From Eledone cirrhosa (lineage: Eukaryota): DNA of 64,000 nt. Every line of letters starts with the position of its first letter. The first letter of the stretch is position 1. Shown here piece after piece: positions 1-12,000 of this stretch. Both the position numbers and the translations under genes were made by a program. The stretch lies in contig OZ024742.1 of NCBI GenBank assembly GCA_964016885.1, positions 15,934,001-15,998,000 on the forward strand, given 5' to 3'. The notes beneath the pieces were generated by a model. It saw nothing but the letters and a program-made list of their open reading frames with translations. It had not been told where the DNA came from and did no database searches.

Positions 1-2065
1 TGCTGAAAATACGGACAGTGTCAACAAGCACATCCAACTCCTTCTTACTCTTCCCGAAGAGCTTAAGATCGTCCATAAAGAGGAGGTGATTGATGGTATG
101 CCCTCCCTTTCCCAACCTGTATCCTGCTCTCACTTTTCACAGTACACTGGTCAGGGGCATCAGGGCAAGGACAAACAACAGAGGGGACAGACTATCTCCC
201 TGGAAGATACCTCTCTTGATCTTCACGCTTCCCAAGGATTCTCCAGTTGATGTTAACTCTGTTTCCCAGGACTTCATACTTTTGCCCAACAACTGTCTGA
301 TGTTATCTGCCACCTTGAAGATCTCCAGGCTTTTGGTGATCCAAGAATGAGGCACCATGTCAAATGCCTTTTTGTAGTCTATCCATCCCATGGCAAGACC
401 AATGTGTCTCCTCTTGCAATTCCCCATTACCATCTTATCAATAAGTAACTGGTCCTTTGTACCACGTGACTTCTTTCGGCATCCTTTCTGTTCGTCCGGT
501 AACAAGTTGTTTGTGTGGACGTGATGGTAGATTTCCTCAGACATAATGCTTGTCAACAGTTTCCACATTACGGACAGACATGTGATAGGTCTATAGTTGG
601 TAACATCATTACCCTTGATTCGGTCTTTCATTATCAGAACTGTGGTACCTTTTGTCAACCACTCTGGTAGCTCACCTGAAATCAAGCAGTCATTGAACAT
701 GGTTGTCAGTTTCGGGTGGAGGGATGTTATATTTTTAATCCAATACCCCTGCACACCATCTGGGCCTGGTGATTTCCAATTGGTTAGTTTTTTGGCCTGC
801 CCCTTAAGAGTTTCAACTGTGATACTCAAATCAGTTTGTTGGCGTGCCTGTTCACTAATCTCCTTCTGTATTGTTTCAATCCACACTGCCTGGTCATTAT
901 GTTTAACATCCTGCTCCCATATTCCTCTCCAGAATGTTTTAGTTTGTTCCGCCTCAGGGATCAAGTCGTTGCCTCTTTCTTTCCCTTCAAGCTGTCCAAA
1001 CAGCATCTTCTGGTTGTTGTCGAACATGCAGTTCTGTCTATACTGACTGACTCTGTTCTCGTATCGCCTGATTTTTGCACTCTTTGCTACAATGCGTTGC
1101 TTCAGTTCCTCTATGATAATATTTAGCTTTTTCCTCCTAGTTTTGTACTTTATTTCCAGTCTATTTTTAGTGTCTATGTTTTTTAGTGTCCCATTCAGTA
1201 GGGACTCAAGCTTTCCAATGTCATTTCTCATTTCCCTGATTTGACCACTCAGTCGTTTCTTCCACCAAGGCTCTGCTCTTTCTTGTCTGTTGTTTCCTCT
1301 CGCTTTTATACCAAGTAGTTTCCTCACCGTATTTGCTGTTGCTTTGAGGATATTGTTGCACTGGTGAAGGCTCCTCGCCTCAAGGTATGGGATGACTTTG
1401 TTTACCTTAGCTGTTGTTTCTTTTAACCTTTTCCTGTCTACAAATCTTAGGTTCATAGGTCTCCCACTATCATTGTTCAATTCATCTACCACTAAGTTTA
1501 GGATATCAACCAAATCTTGTCCTAGCCCGTCAGCATTCATCTCCTCAGTGACCGTATCTCTGTTCCAGGTATTATTTATCTCAGCATTCAGATCATTGTC
1601 TGCTTCGGGTGGTTCCTCCGTTCTCTCGACCTCTTCACCTTCATTTCCCACTGGCTCGTTTGCCTGGCATACTCCACTCTCCATCTCCAAGCTAATCTCT
1701 CTGCTCAGTTCCTCCAGTTCCAGCTCGCTTATCCACCCATTAGTTCTTATTACCCGAGCCTGCCCGGCCAATTTTTGTTCATCTAATTTAAATAGACCAA
1801 TCTCGTTCCACATGTTATGCATCCGTTTCCTATAGCCTTTCTCCTTGGGGTTACTCTTCAGGTAACATTGCATAACAGTTCTATTCAATTCTTTCGTCCA
1901 GTTTGTTCTGGTCCCTTTCCTTCTTCTTCTTCCTCCGACACCAGCAGTATTTAGTTGACAGCCAGGTCCCTGCTGCTGAGCCAGGGAGCACCTGTTGGGT
2001 GAGAGTCTGTCACATGACATTCTAGTCTCCATTTCACCGTTATTCGAACTGTTTAGGTTCGACAT
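1..2065 (-). pseudogene. RT(-RLE) ORF of Dong-A1 with premature stop at 137-139
   Basis: 642-aa ORF; a stop replaces the Arg seen in copy A2 (LRKVRAGY). Confidence 0.85.
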
Positions 2066-3373
2066 TTAAACACTCTTATCGAGGATTGGCGAATGTATGG
2101 TTACATAACCACCGGTGAATTCATCGCCTCCGGTGGTTTCGTCACTCCACGTGATTTTTGTGTGGCATTATCACGCTGTAGACGAACATAAATAAACAAA
2201 CAAACAAACAGGCAAAAAACCCCCCCAAAATGAATAAGCATAAGTTTCATTGTAATGTAGTGTTTGAATGTCTGACTTAGTTTTTCCCTTCCCTTCTCTG
2301 TCCGTCTATTTGTTTTTCTCTTTATTTTTATTTTCTTTACGTTTTTCATTGTTGCTGTGCTGCTTTGATTTTGATTTTTGTTTTTTTGATTTTGACCGGG
2401 TCATCAATTCAGTCTATTTATATATTTTGATGCCTTCCTCTTTTAGTAGGGATTCTACAATGTAGCAGGGGGTAGCGGGAGAGAATAGCGGTGGTAGTGA
2501 TAATGCGGCAGTGGTGGCGGCGGTGGTAGCGGTGTTGTGCCAGCAGCAACTAGCAGGAGGTAGCGGGAGAGAATAACGGCGGTAGCGATAATGAGGCAGT
2601 GGTGGTGGTGATGTGATCGTATTACTGTAGTGATGGTGTTGAAGTTGGAGTAGAAATAGCGGTTGAGTCGACTTGACCAGAGTTTTCATCGTGGTAGTGG
2701 TGGTGGTGTTGGTGGTGAAATTATCTTTAGTTATTTAGTCATTTTGTCATTTTCCTCCTTTTCGGCTCTAACATTCCTGATCCAAAATTAAATATTAATC
2801 TTGTTTATTAATATTGTCTAGTGATACCCCTATCTTCCCCTTTCGTAAGTTAACAGAAGTTAATGGGGGGATAGCGGTGGTAGCAATGAAGGAATGGTGA
2901 CGGCGGTGATGGGATACTGGTAGTAATGATGGATGGGGGGCGGCGGCGGTGGCTGTAGTGATGGCGTTGTCGTTACTGAGTTTTGTTGAATAGACTGTAT
3001 TTTGTTTGATCGGTGAATCTATGGGGTTAGTCGCGTATATGTGTTGACATATTTTCTTAATATTGGAATTAAACATTTTTTTAAAACTTGAGACAATAAT
3101 AATAGTAATTATTATTATTATGTTGAGATTGGTGGTGGTGGTGGTGAAATTGCCGTTATCTGGCTGTTGTGTTTAGTGTACACAGAGGGGTGATGGGGTA
3201 GATGGTGTATCTAGTTTCTGGTGCTGGTGAAATTGCTGTTATTTGGCTGTTCTATATAGTGTAGACAGAGGGGGTTTTCTTCCATTTATAACCATTTTCT
3301 TTTTTGAATATAAAATGTATAATACAAAATTGAATATTTGAGCGATATAACAATATATTATGGATCCGAATTT
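1..3373 (-). mobile_element. R4/Dong-like non-LTR retrotransposon, family A, copy A1 (5' part with ~1.3-kb leader; runs off window start)
   Basis: ORF 137-2065 has R4-type N-terminus and RT motifs (KSPGPDG, NYRPITCL, EQKG, WIDYKKAFD, GIFQGDSLSP). The frame continues past a TGA at 137-139 into HLLFMDDLKL. (TAA)n lies upstream on the sense strand. Confidence 0.9.
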
Positions 3374-3390
3374 TTATTATTGTTATTATT

Positions 3391-6300
3391 ACAGTTGCAT
3401 TTATCTTGATTTATGTTCATACGAGTTATCACCAAGTCACAACCAGTGACCTCAAGAGACAACAAGGTCCGCCATGTTCAAGAAAGAACATACATACTCA
3501 CACATGCATCTTTAGTGTCTAGACTTGTGATGTACTTATATTGACAGAATCTTCCTTAGTATATGGGCAGTTCCAATTAGTACTATCTTTTGTATTTCTG
3601 CTATACGTGGGTTTCCTGGGATTTGCGATAAGTAATCATTAGACCCCTTAGGTATCATTCCCAGAGCGCCTACAACCACTGGTATTGTTTTAGTTCTCAA
3701 TTTCCACATTTTTCCAATTTCAATCTCCAGGTCCTTATACTTGCTCAATTTTTCAAATGTTTTTATAGATACATTCTTGTCTATTGGAACAGACATATCA
3801 ATTGGCAGGCATACCCTCTTTTGAAAGTCCTTCAATATTATATCAGGTCTATTTGCATCTATTTTTCGGTCTGTTTGGATGCTAAAGTTCCACAAGATTG
3901 AGATGTGATCTTTTTCAAGTATGGGAGGTGGTTGATGCTCCCACCAATTCTTTTGATGGGGCAGGTCAAAATGCTTACACATTATCCAATGTATGTATTG
4001 TGCAGCTCTGTCATGCCTGTTTAGGTATTCGGTTGGAGCTATAGGACTGCACATTGAAATTATATGGTCAATGGTCTCTGGTTGTTTTTTGCATACACGG
4101 CATAATGGGCTGCATCCATTTTTTATTATGTGTCTTGGTAATTTTTTGTTGGCAGACACTCATCTTGTGCTGATATAATCAGTCCTTCAGTCTCCGATTT
4201 TAGTCCAGAGGATGCCAACCACTGATGGGTTAAAGTTTTGTAAACATCAGGATTGTTAGCTCGCTCTGGGTATTTTCCATACAGAGGCTTTTCTTGCCAT
4301 TTCTTAGCCAGTTTCTGTAGCAGTTCTTTCTTTGCAGTTACTTTTACCTGCTTTGCTTTTTCTGTGTTTTCCATTTCAGCAGTAAATGGGACTTCTGAAA
4401 TTTGTAGTCCATTACTGTATCTTTGTGCATCTTTTGTAATGGAATATGATCTTTTGATGCTTTCGTGTTTCAAAACGAGTTTGATCATCCAATCATGTGA
4501 TTCCCTTAGATATGTAAATAATCCAATTGTTGCAGTTTTCAACGCAATGTCTAACTGGATTAACCCACGTCCTCCTTCTTTCCTAGGGAGATATATTCTA
4601 TCTATGTCTGCCTTAGGGTGATGCATTCTGTGCATGGTTAAGAATTTTCGAATTTTTGTATCGAGCCTACGGATCTCTGTACTTGACCAGTTGATGACAT
4701 TGTAACTGTAGGTTACTACTGGTATGGCAAGCGTGTTTATGGCATCGATCCTATTCCTTGCATTCAATTCCGTTCTTAAGATTGCTCTGACTCTGCGGTA
4801 ACATTCCTTCCTTATCCTTTCCCTTATTGTCGAGTGCTTGATTCCGTCTCCTTCACAAACACCTAGATATTTGTAAGTTTTTTCTTGATCAAGCTCTCTT
4901 ATCACGTTCCCCCGATCAAGATTAATGTCTGAACTCTTCAGCAGCTTTCCTCTGGTGAACGTTGCTTTGGCGCATTTATCCAGTCCAAACTCCATTTTAA
5001 TGTCATCACTGAACTGCTTCACAGTGGATAATAGCCCTTGCAATTGTTCATCATTTTTTGCAAATAGTTTCAGGTCATCCATGTAGAACAGGTGATTAAT
5101 GGTTTTGTCATAGACTTTATATCCATGTTTTGTTTCATTGAGCATTTTACTTAATGGTATAAGTGCGATGCAGAATAAAAGCGGTGATAAAGAGTCACCC
5201 TGAAAAATTCCACAATTAATATTAACTTCTCCAGCTTCCAGTGATTTTGTTTCACTATTCAAAAGGAGTGTCGTTTTCCATGTCTTCATACTGAATGACA
5301 AAAACCTCCTGACAACGGGGGATATTTTGAAAATCTCTAAACATTTTTCAATCCAACTGTGTGGCAAACTATCGAATGCTTTTTTATAATCTATCCAAGC
5401 AATCGATAGATTTTTGTGTCTATTATGACAATCTTCCAGTATCATTTTGTTAACCAGAAGCTGATCCTTACAGCCATATGAGCCTCGTTTACACCCTTTC
5501 TGCTCAATGGGAAATAGGTCATTTGTTATCAGGTGGTCATATGTGTATTCAGTTAGGACTAATGTTAAAATTTTATACATTGTGGTCAAGCAAGTTATCG
5601 GTCTGTAATTTTTGGGATTGTTTGTCTCATCATTCTTCGGAAGCAGGAATGTAATGCCGTTAACTAGCCATGATGGTATCTTTTCTGGCTCCTTAACTAT
5701 TTCATTGTAAAGTTGGGCTAACAGCTCATGAGACTCTGTGAAGGCATTTATCCAAAAGTTTTGTATTTTGTCTTTTCCTGGGGATTTCCATTTGCTGGTT
5801 TTTCTTAGAGCCAAGCGCAACTGTTCAACTGTTATATTTTCCCATATTTGTTCCTCAAGGTGAGCTGTATCTTTCATTTGTCTGTCTATCCATGGGGCAT
5901 GTATGTTATGAACTTTTTCTTCGGCCCAGATCTTTTCCCAGAATTCTTGCACTTCCTCCTTGGGTGGTATTGATTTAGCAGTTATTGTTGACTTACCAAT
6001 TTTTCTGTAGAAGTTTCTTTGGTTGTTTTTGAACATATTATTGTCCTTATAGAATCTAGATCGTTTTTCAAAGCGCCTTATACGAGCAGCTTTGGCCGAC
6101 ACTTTTTACTTGATTGTTTCTATCAGCATGTCTATGTCACATGTTGATCTTATACTGTACTTTTTTTTCAATTTTCTAAGTTTAGTTTGTTTAACACGTT
6201 CACCTACTTTATAGTTTGTTAAAATTTCTATGTCAGATCGGAGAAGGTTTATTTGGCGATTGATGTTATCTTGCCAAGTAGATTTCTTGTGGGAATTCCT

Positions 6301-6997
6301 TTGTTTTTTCATCTTCACTCCACATAAGTGAGTGGTGACTTTAGCCGATGCATAATAGAGATGATTTAAGTCAGTAATGTTTAGTTTGTTTGTGATGATA
6401 ATGTTTTTGAGAATTATGTTAGTCTTGTGTATTATCTTTTGGTTCTGTTTGGAGTTCTGGATCTTAGGGAGAGTGTCTCGTTCCCCCATGTCAGATTCTT
6501 TCATTTTCATCCATTCGATCATAATTTCATCCTTCAAGTTGGCAAGTTCATTCTCATTCATTTCTTTATCATTTACGATCTCATTATTTTCATTTGGAGT
6601 TTCATCCTGAGCATGCACTCCCTCCACTTTTTCGCTCCTTTCTTTAATTTGTTCTGTTGCCAGTGATTCCGCCCCAACGCTGGGATTCGAAGTGTTACAG
6701 TTTACCTCGTTTTCACTGACGCATGTTTCATTTTCCCTTCGCTGACTTTGTACTAATAGCTTGATCTGATCAATTTCTATATCAGTTAGTAACTTTTTTC
6801 TTACAATATTTCTTCGTATATTGGCTAGTTTGTTACTGTCAATATAGCCTCTGTTTTCGGGATGTTTCTTTTTCCAGTTGATATATGTCTGTTCTGTATT
6901 CGATGTATTTGATGGGTAGTACATGGCAGTGTAGAAAGCCTCAAGGACTTCTTTATTATCTTCCCTTGACCATTTTTCGCTCTTTTTCTTTGGATTT
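3391..6997 (-). mobile_element. R4/Dong-like family B, copy B1, 5'-truncated, (TAA)n tail
   Basis: RT (FYMDDLKL), CCHC (CRVCKKQPETIDHIISMC), RHD and RLE (NRPDIILKD...IDMSVP...KLSKY). TAA at 6106-6108 and a frameshift near 4130. Confidence 0.92.
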
Positions 6998-7094
6998 CTT
7001 CTTCTTTTTCTTCTTCTTCTTCTTCTTCTTCTTCTTCTTCTTCTTCTTCTTCTTCTTCTTCTTCTTCTTCTTCTTCTTCTTCTTCTTCTTCTTC

Positions 7095-7183
<89 letters not shown>
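6997..7183 (+). repeat. (TTC)n followed by (TTA)n microsatellite
   Basis: Directly visible. Confidence 0.98.
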
Positions 7184-7189
7184 GAATGT

Positions 7190-7705
7190 TCTTTGAAGGT
7201 TCCCATTATTGTTTTGTTTCAGTCAGTTTAAGATTTTACCCAATTGCTCAGTTCCATCGTTCTCCGATCATTCTGTTTCATTCTCAGTTTAATATTCTCT
7301 GTCTATCCCATTCATCTCTTTCTTTGCAATGGTTGCACTCTGTTTCTTCATTAACTTTACTTGCATTTATTTCAGGTTTGCCATTATCCCCTGTTCAGTT
7401 TTCTATACCCCGTTCCTTTTTTTGTGCCGTAACTCTTGATAGAGTCGTAAGGGTGACATACGGCGTTTCTTGGGCATCCCTCTCCAGGTATATCCCGTTT
7501 AATTTCTTTTAATTCTAGCCTTGAAAGGAAGTCATTTTACTTTATAGATCTTGCTTGTCCTGGGAGTTTCTGTTCTGTCCAGATTACCCATTATTTTCTT
7601 CTCCTCTTTCTTGTTTTTCACATTATTAGTATTTCATTGTGTCGTCACTGCATCACCAAGAACAGCTCTATATGCCTTGAGCATGTGAAGTGTTTACCAC
7701 TCACT
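7190..7705 (-). pseudogene. Highly decayed N-terminal fragment of an older R4/Dong element
   Basis: Minus strand near 7490-7580 translates EQKLPGQARSIK*NDFLSRLELKEIKRDI, versus Dong-A EQKLAGQARVIRTNGWISELELEELSREI. Confidence 0.7.
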
Positions 7706-7751
<46 letters not shown>

Positions 7752-7753
<2 letters not shown>

Positions 7754-7888
7754 AAAAAGTGATGAAATCGAAAATGCAACTGGAGTCTTATTTTTTTTTT
7801 AAATATATATATTTATTTGGTTCCTTTACCGGTTTCGCAGTTCTTCTGCTTTTCAAAAGGTGAGTTGAGATGGAGGGTCTGTGGTTTT
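7752..7888 (-). mobile_element. Short Penelope-like pLTR remnant with degenerate minimal hammerhead
   Basis: Minus strand: cctt-TTGAAAA-gcag(aagaa)ctgc-GAAA-ccgg-TA-aagg. This is type I hammerhead topology with 2 core mutations, and it ends in (TA)n. Confidence 0.55.
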
Positions 7889-7903
7889 TATTATTATTAT
7901 TAT

Positions 7904-8951
7904 TTGCATTTATCTTGCTTTATGTTCATACGAGTTATCACCAAGTCACAACCAGTGACCTCAAGAGACAACAAGGTCCGCCATGTTCAAGAAATAACAT
8001 ACATATTCACACATGCATCTTTAGTGTTTAGACTTGTGATGTACTTATATTGACAGAATCTTCCTTAGTATATGGGCAGTTCCCATTAGTACTATCTTTT
8101 GTATTTCTCCTATACGCGGGTTTCCTGGGATTTGCGATAAGTAATCATTAGACCCCTTAGGTATCATTCCCAGAGCGCCTACAACCACTGGTATTGTTTT
8201 AGTTCTCAATTTCCACATTTTTCCAATTTCTATCTCCAGGTCCTTATACTTGCTCAATTTTTCAAATGTTTTTATAGATACATTCTTGACTATTGGAACG
8301 GACATATCAATTAGCGCATTCCCTCTTTTTAAAGTCCTTCAATATTATATCAGGTCTATTTGCATCTATTTTTCGGTCTGTTTGGATGCTAAAGTTCCAC
8401 AAGATTGAGATGTGATCTTTTTCAAGTATGGGAGGTGGTTGATGCTCCCACCAATTCTTTTGATGGGGCAGGTCAAAATGCTTACATATTATCCAATGTA
8501 TTGTGCAGCTCTGTCATGCCTGTTTAGGTATTCGGTTGGAGCTATAGGACTGCACATTGAAATTATATGGTCAATGGTCTCTGGTTGTTTTTTGCATACA
8601 CGGCATAATGGGCTGCATCCATTTTTTATTATGTTGGTTTGGTAATTTTTTGTTGGCAGACACTGATCTTGTGCCGATATAATCAGTCCTTCAGTCTCCG
8701 ATCTCAGTCCAGAGGATGCCAACCACTGATAGGCTAAAGTTTTGTCAACATCAGAATTGTTAGCTCGTTCTGGGTATTTTCCATACAGAGGCTTTTCTTG
8801 CCATTTCTTAGCCAGTTTCTGTAGCAGTTCTTTCTTTGCAGTTACTTTTACCTGCTTTGCTTTTTCTGTGTTTTCCATTTCAGCAGTAAATGGGACTTCT
8901 GAAATTTGTAGTCCATTACTGTATCTTTGTGCATCTTTTGTAATGGAATAT
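7904..8951 (-). mobile_element. Dong family B copy B2, 5'-truncated 3' end (CCHC+RLE), frameshifted
   Basis: Near-identical to the 3' end of B1; flanked by (TTA)n. Confidence 0.92.
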
Positions 8952-8955
8952 TACC

Positions 8956-9023
<68 letters not shown>

Positions 9024-9024
<1 letters not shown>

Positions 9025-12000
9025 TGCATTTATCTTGCTTTATGTTCATATGAGTTATCACCAAGTCACAACCAGTGACCTCAAGAGACAACAAGGTCCG
9101 CCATGCTCAAGAAAGAACATACATATTCACACATGCATCCTTAGTGTTTAGACTTGTGATGTACTTATATTGACAGGATCTTCCTTAGTATATGGGCAGT
9201 TCCCATTAGTACTATCTTTTGTATTTCTGCTATACGCGGGTTTCCTGGGATTTGCGATAAGTAATCATTAGACCCCTTAGGTATCATTCCCAGAGCGCCT
9301 ACAACCACTGGTATTGTTTTAGTTCTCAATTTCCACATTTTTCCAATTTCTATCTCCAGGTCCTTATACTTGCTCAATTTTTCAAATGTTTTTATAGGTA
9401 CATTCTTGTCTATTGGAACAGACATATCAATTAGCAGGCATACCCTCCTTTGAAAGTCCTTCAATATTATATCAGGTCTATTTGCATCTATTTTTCGGTC
9501 TGTTTGGATGCTAAAGTTCCACAAGATTTAGATGTGATCTTTTTCAAGTATGGGAGGTGGTTGATGCTCCCACCAATTCTTTTGATGGGGCAGGTCAAAA
9601 TGCTTACACATTATCCAATGTATGTATTGTGCAGCTCTGTCATGCCTGTTTAGGTATTCTGTTGGAGCTATAGGACTGCCCATTGAAATTATATGGTCAA
9701 TGGTCTCTGGTTGTTTTTTGCATACACGGCATAATGGGCTGCACCCATTTTTTATTATGTTGGCTTGGTAATTTTTTGTTGGCAGACACTGATCTTGTGC
9801 CGATATAATCAGTCCTTTAGTCTCCGATTTCAGTCCAGAGGATGCCAACCACTGATGGGTTAAAGTTTTGTCAACATCAGGATTGTTAGCTCGCTCTGGG
9901 TATTTTCCATACAGAGGCTTTTCTTGCCATTTCTTAGCCAGTTTCTGTAGCAGTTCTTTCTTTGCAGTTACTTTTACCTGCTTTGCTTTTTCTGTGTTTT
10001 CCATTTCAGCAGTAAATGGGACTTCTGAAATTTGTAGTCCATTACTGTATCTTTGTGCATCTTTTGTAATGGAATATGATCTTTTGGTGCTTTCGTGTTT
10101 CAAAACGAGTTTGATCATCCAATCATGTGATTCCCTTAGATATGTGGATAATCCAATTGTTGCAGTTTTCAACGCAATGTCTAACTGGATTAACCCACGT
10201 CCTCCTTCTTTCCTAGGGATATATATTCTATCTATGTCTGCCTTAGGGTGATGCATTCTGTGCATGGTTAAGAATTTTCGGATTTTTGTATCGAACCTAC
10301 GGATCTCTGTGCTTGACCAGTTGATGACATTGTAACTGTAGGTTACTACTGGTATGGCAAGCGTGTTTATAGCATCGACCCTATTCCTTGCATTCAATTC
10401 CGTTCTTAAGATTGCTCTGACTCTGCGGTAACATTCCTTCCTTATCCTTTCCCTCATTGTCGAGTGCTTGATTCCGTCTCCTTCACAAACACCTAGATAT
10501 TTGTAAGTTTTTTCTTGATCAAGCTCTCTTATCACGTTCCCCCGATCAAGATTAATGTCTGAACTCTTCAGCAGCTTTCCTCTGGTGAACGTTGCTTTGG
10601 CGCATTTATCCAGTCCAAACTCCATTCTAATGTCATCACTGAACTGCTTCACAGTGGATAATAGCCCTTGCAATTGTTCATCATTTTTTGCAAATAGTTT
10701 CAGGTCATCCATGTAGAACAGGTGATTAATGGTTTTGTCATAGACTCTATATCCATATTTTGTTTCATTGAGCATTTTACTTAATGGTATAAGTGCGATG
10801 CAGAATAAAAGCGGTGATAAAGAGTCACCCTGAAAAATTCCACAATTAATATTAACTTCTCCAGCTTCCAGTGATTTTGTTTCACTATTCAAAAGGAGTG
10901 TCGTTTTCCATGTCCTCATACTGAATGACAAAAACCTCCTGACAACGGGGGATATTTTGAAAATCTCTAAACATTTTTCAATCCAACTGTGTGGCAAACT
11001 ATCGAATGCTTTTTTATAATCTATCCAAGCAATCGATAGATTCTTGTGTCTATTATGACAATGTTCCAGTATCATTTTGTTAACCAGAAGCTGATCCTTA
11101 CAGCCATATGAGCCTCGTTTACACCCTTTCTGCTCAATGGGAAATAGGTCATTTGTTATCAGGTGGTCATATGTGTATTCAGTTAGGACTGATGTTAAAA
11201 TTTTATACATTGTGGTCAAGCAGGTTATCGGTCTGTAATTTTTGGGATTGTTTGTCTCATCATTCTTCGGTAGCAGGAATGTAATGCCGTTAACTAGCCA
11301 TGATGGTATCTTTTCTGGCTCCTTAACTATTTCATTTTAAAGTTGGGCTAACAGCTCATGAGACTCTGTGAAGGCATTTATCCAAAAGTTTTGTATTTTG
11401 TCTTTTCCTGGGGATTTCCATTTGCTGGTTTTTCTTAGAGCCAAGCGCAACTGTTCAACTGTTATATTTTCCCATGTTTGTTCTTCAAGGTGAGCTGTTT
11501 CTTTCATTTGTCTGTCTATCCATGGGGCATGTATGTTATGAACTTTTTCTTAGGCCCAGATCTTTTCCCAGAATTCTTGCACTTCCTCCTTGGGTGGTAT
11601 TGATTTAGCAGTTATTGTTGACTTACCAATTTTTCTGTAGAAGTTTCTTTGGTTGTTTTTGAACATATTATTGTCCTTATAGAATCTAGATCGTTTTTCA
11701 AAGCGCCTTATACGAGCAGCTTTGGCCGACACTTTTTACTTGATTGTTTCTATCAGCATGTCTATGTCACATATTGATCTTATACTGTACTTTTGTTTCA
11801 ATTTTCTAAGTTTAGTTTGTTTAACACGTTCACCTACTTTATAGTTTGTTAAAATTTCTATGTCAGATCGGAGAAGGTTTATTTGGCGATTGATGTTATC
11901 TTGCCAAGTAGATTTCTTGTGGGAATTCCTTTGTTTTTTCATCTTCACTCCACATAAGTGAGTGGTGACTTTAGCCGATGCATAATAGAGATGATTTAAG

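Noticed and set aside
597-1835. Antisense ORFs overlapping retroelement ORFs (many across the window)
   Set aside because: Shadow ORFs of the coding strand with no independent motifs.
2795-3076. 93-aa upstream ORF in the shared Dong leader
   Set aside because: The homologous B3 sequence starts similarly (MFNSN..ICQH) but stops after ~14 codons, so coding is not conserved.
6997-7206. Poly-Ile/poly-Arg N-terminus of ORF 6106-7206
   Set aside because: Read-through of (TAA)n(GAA)n into a truncated element; the true N-terminus is seen in copy B3.
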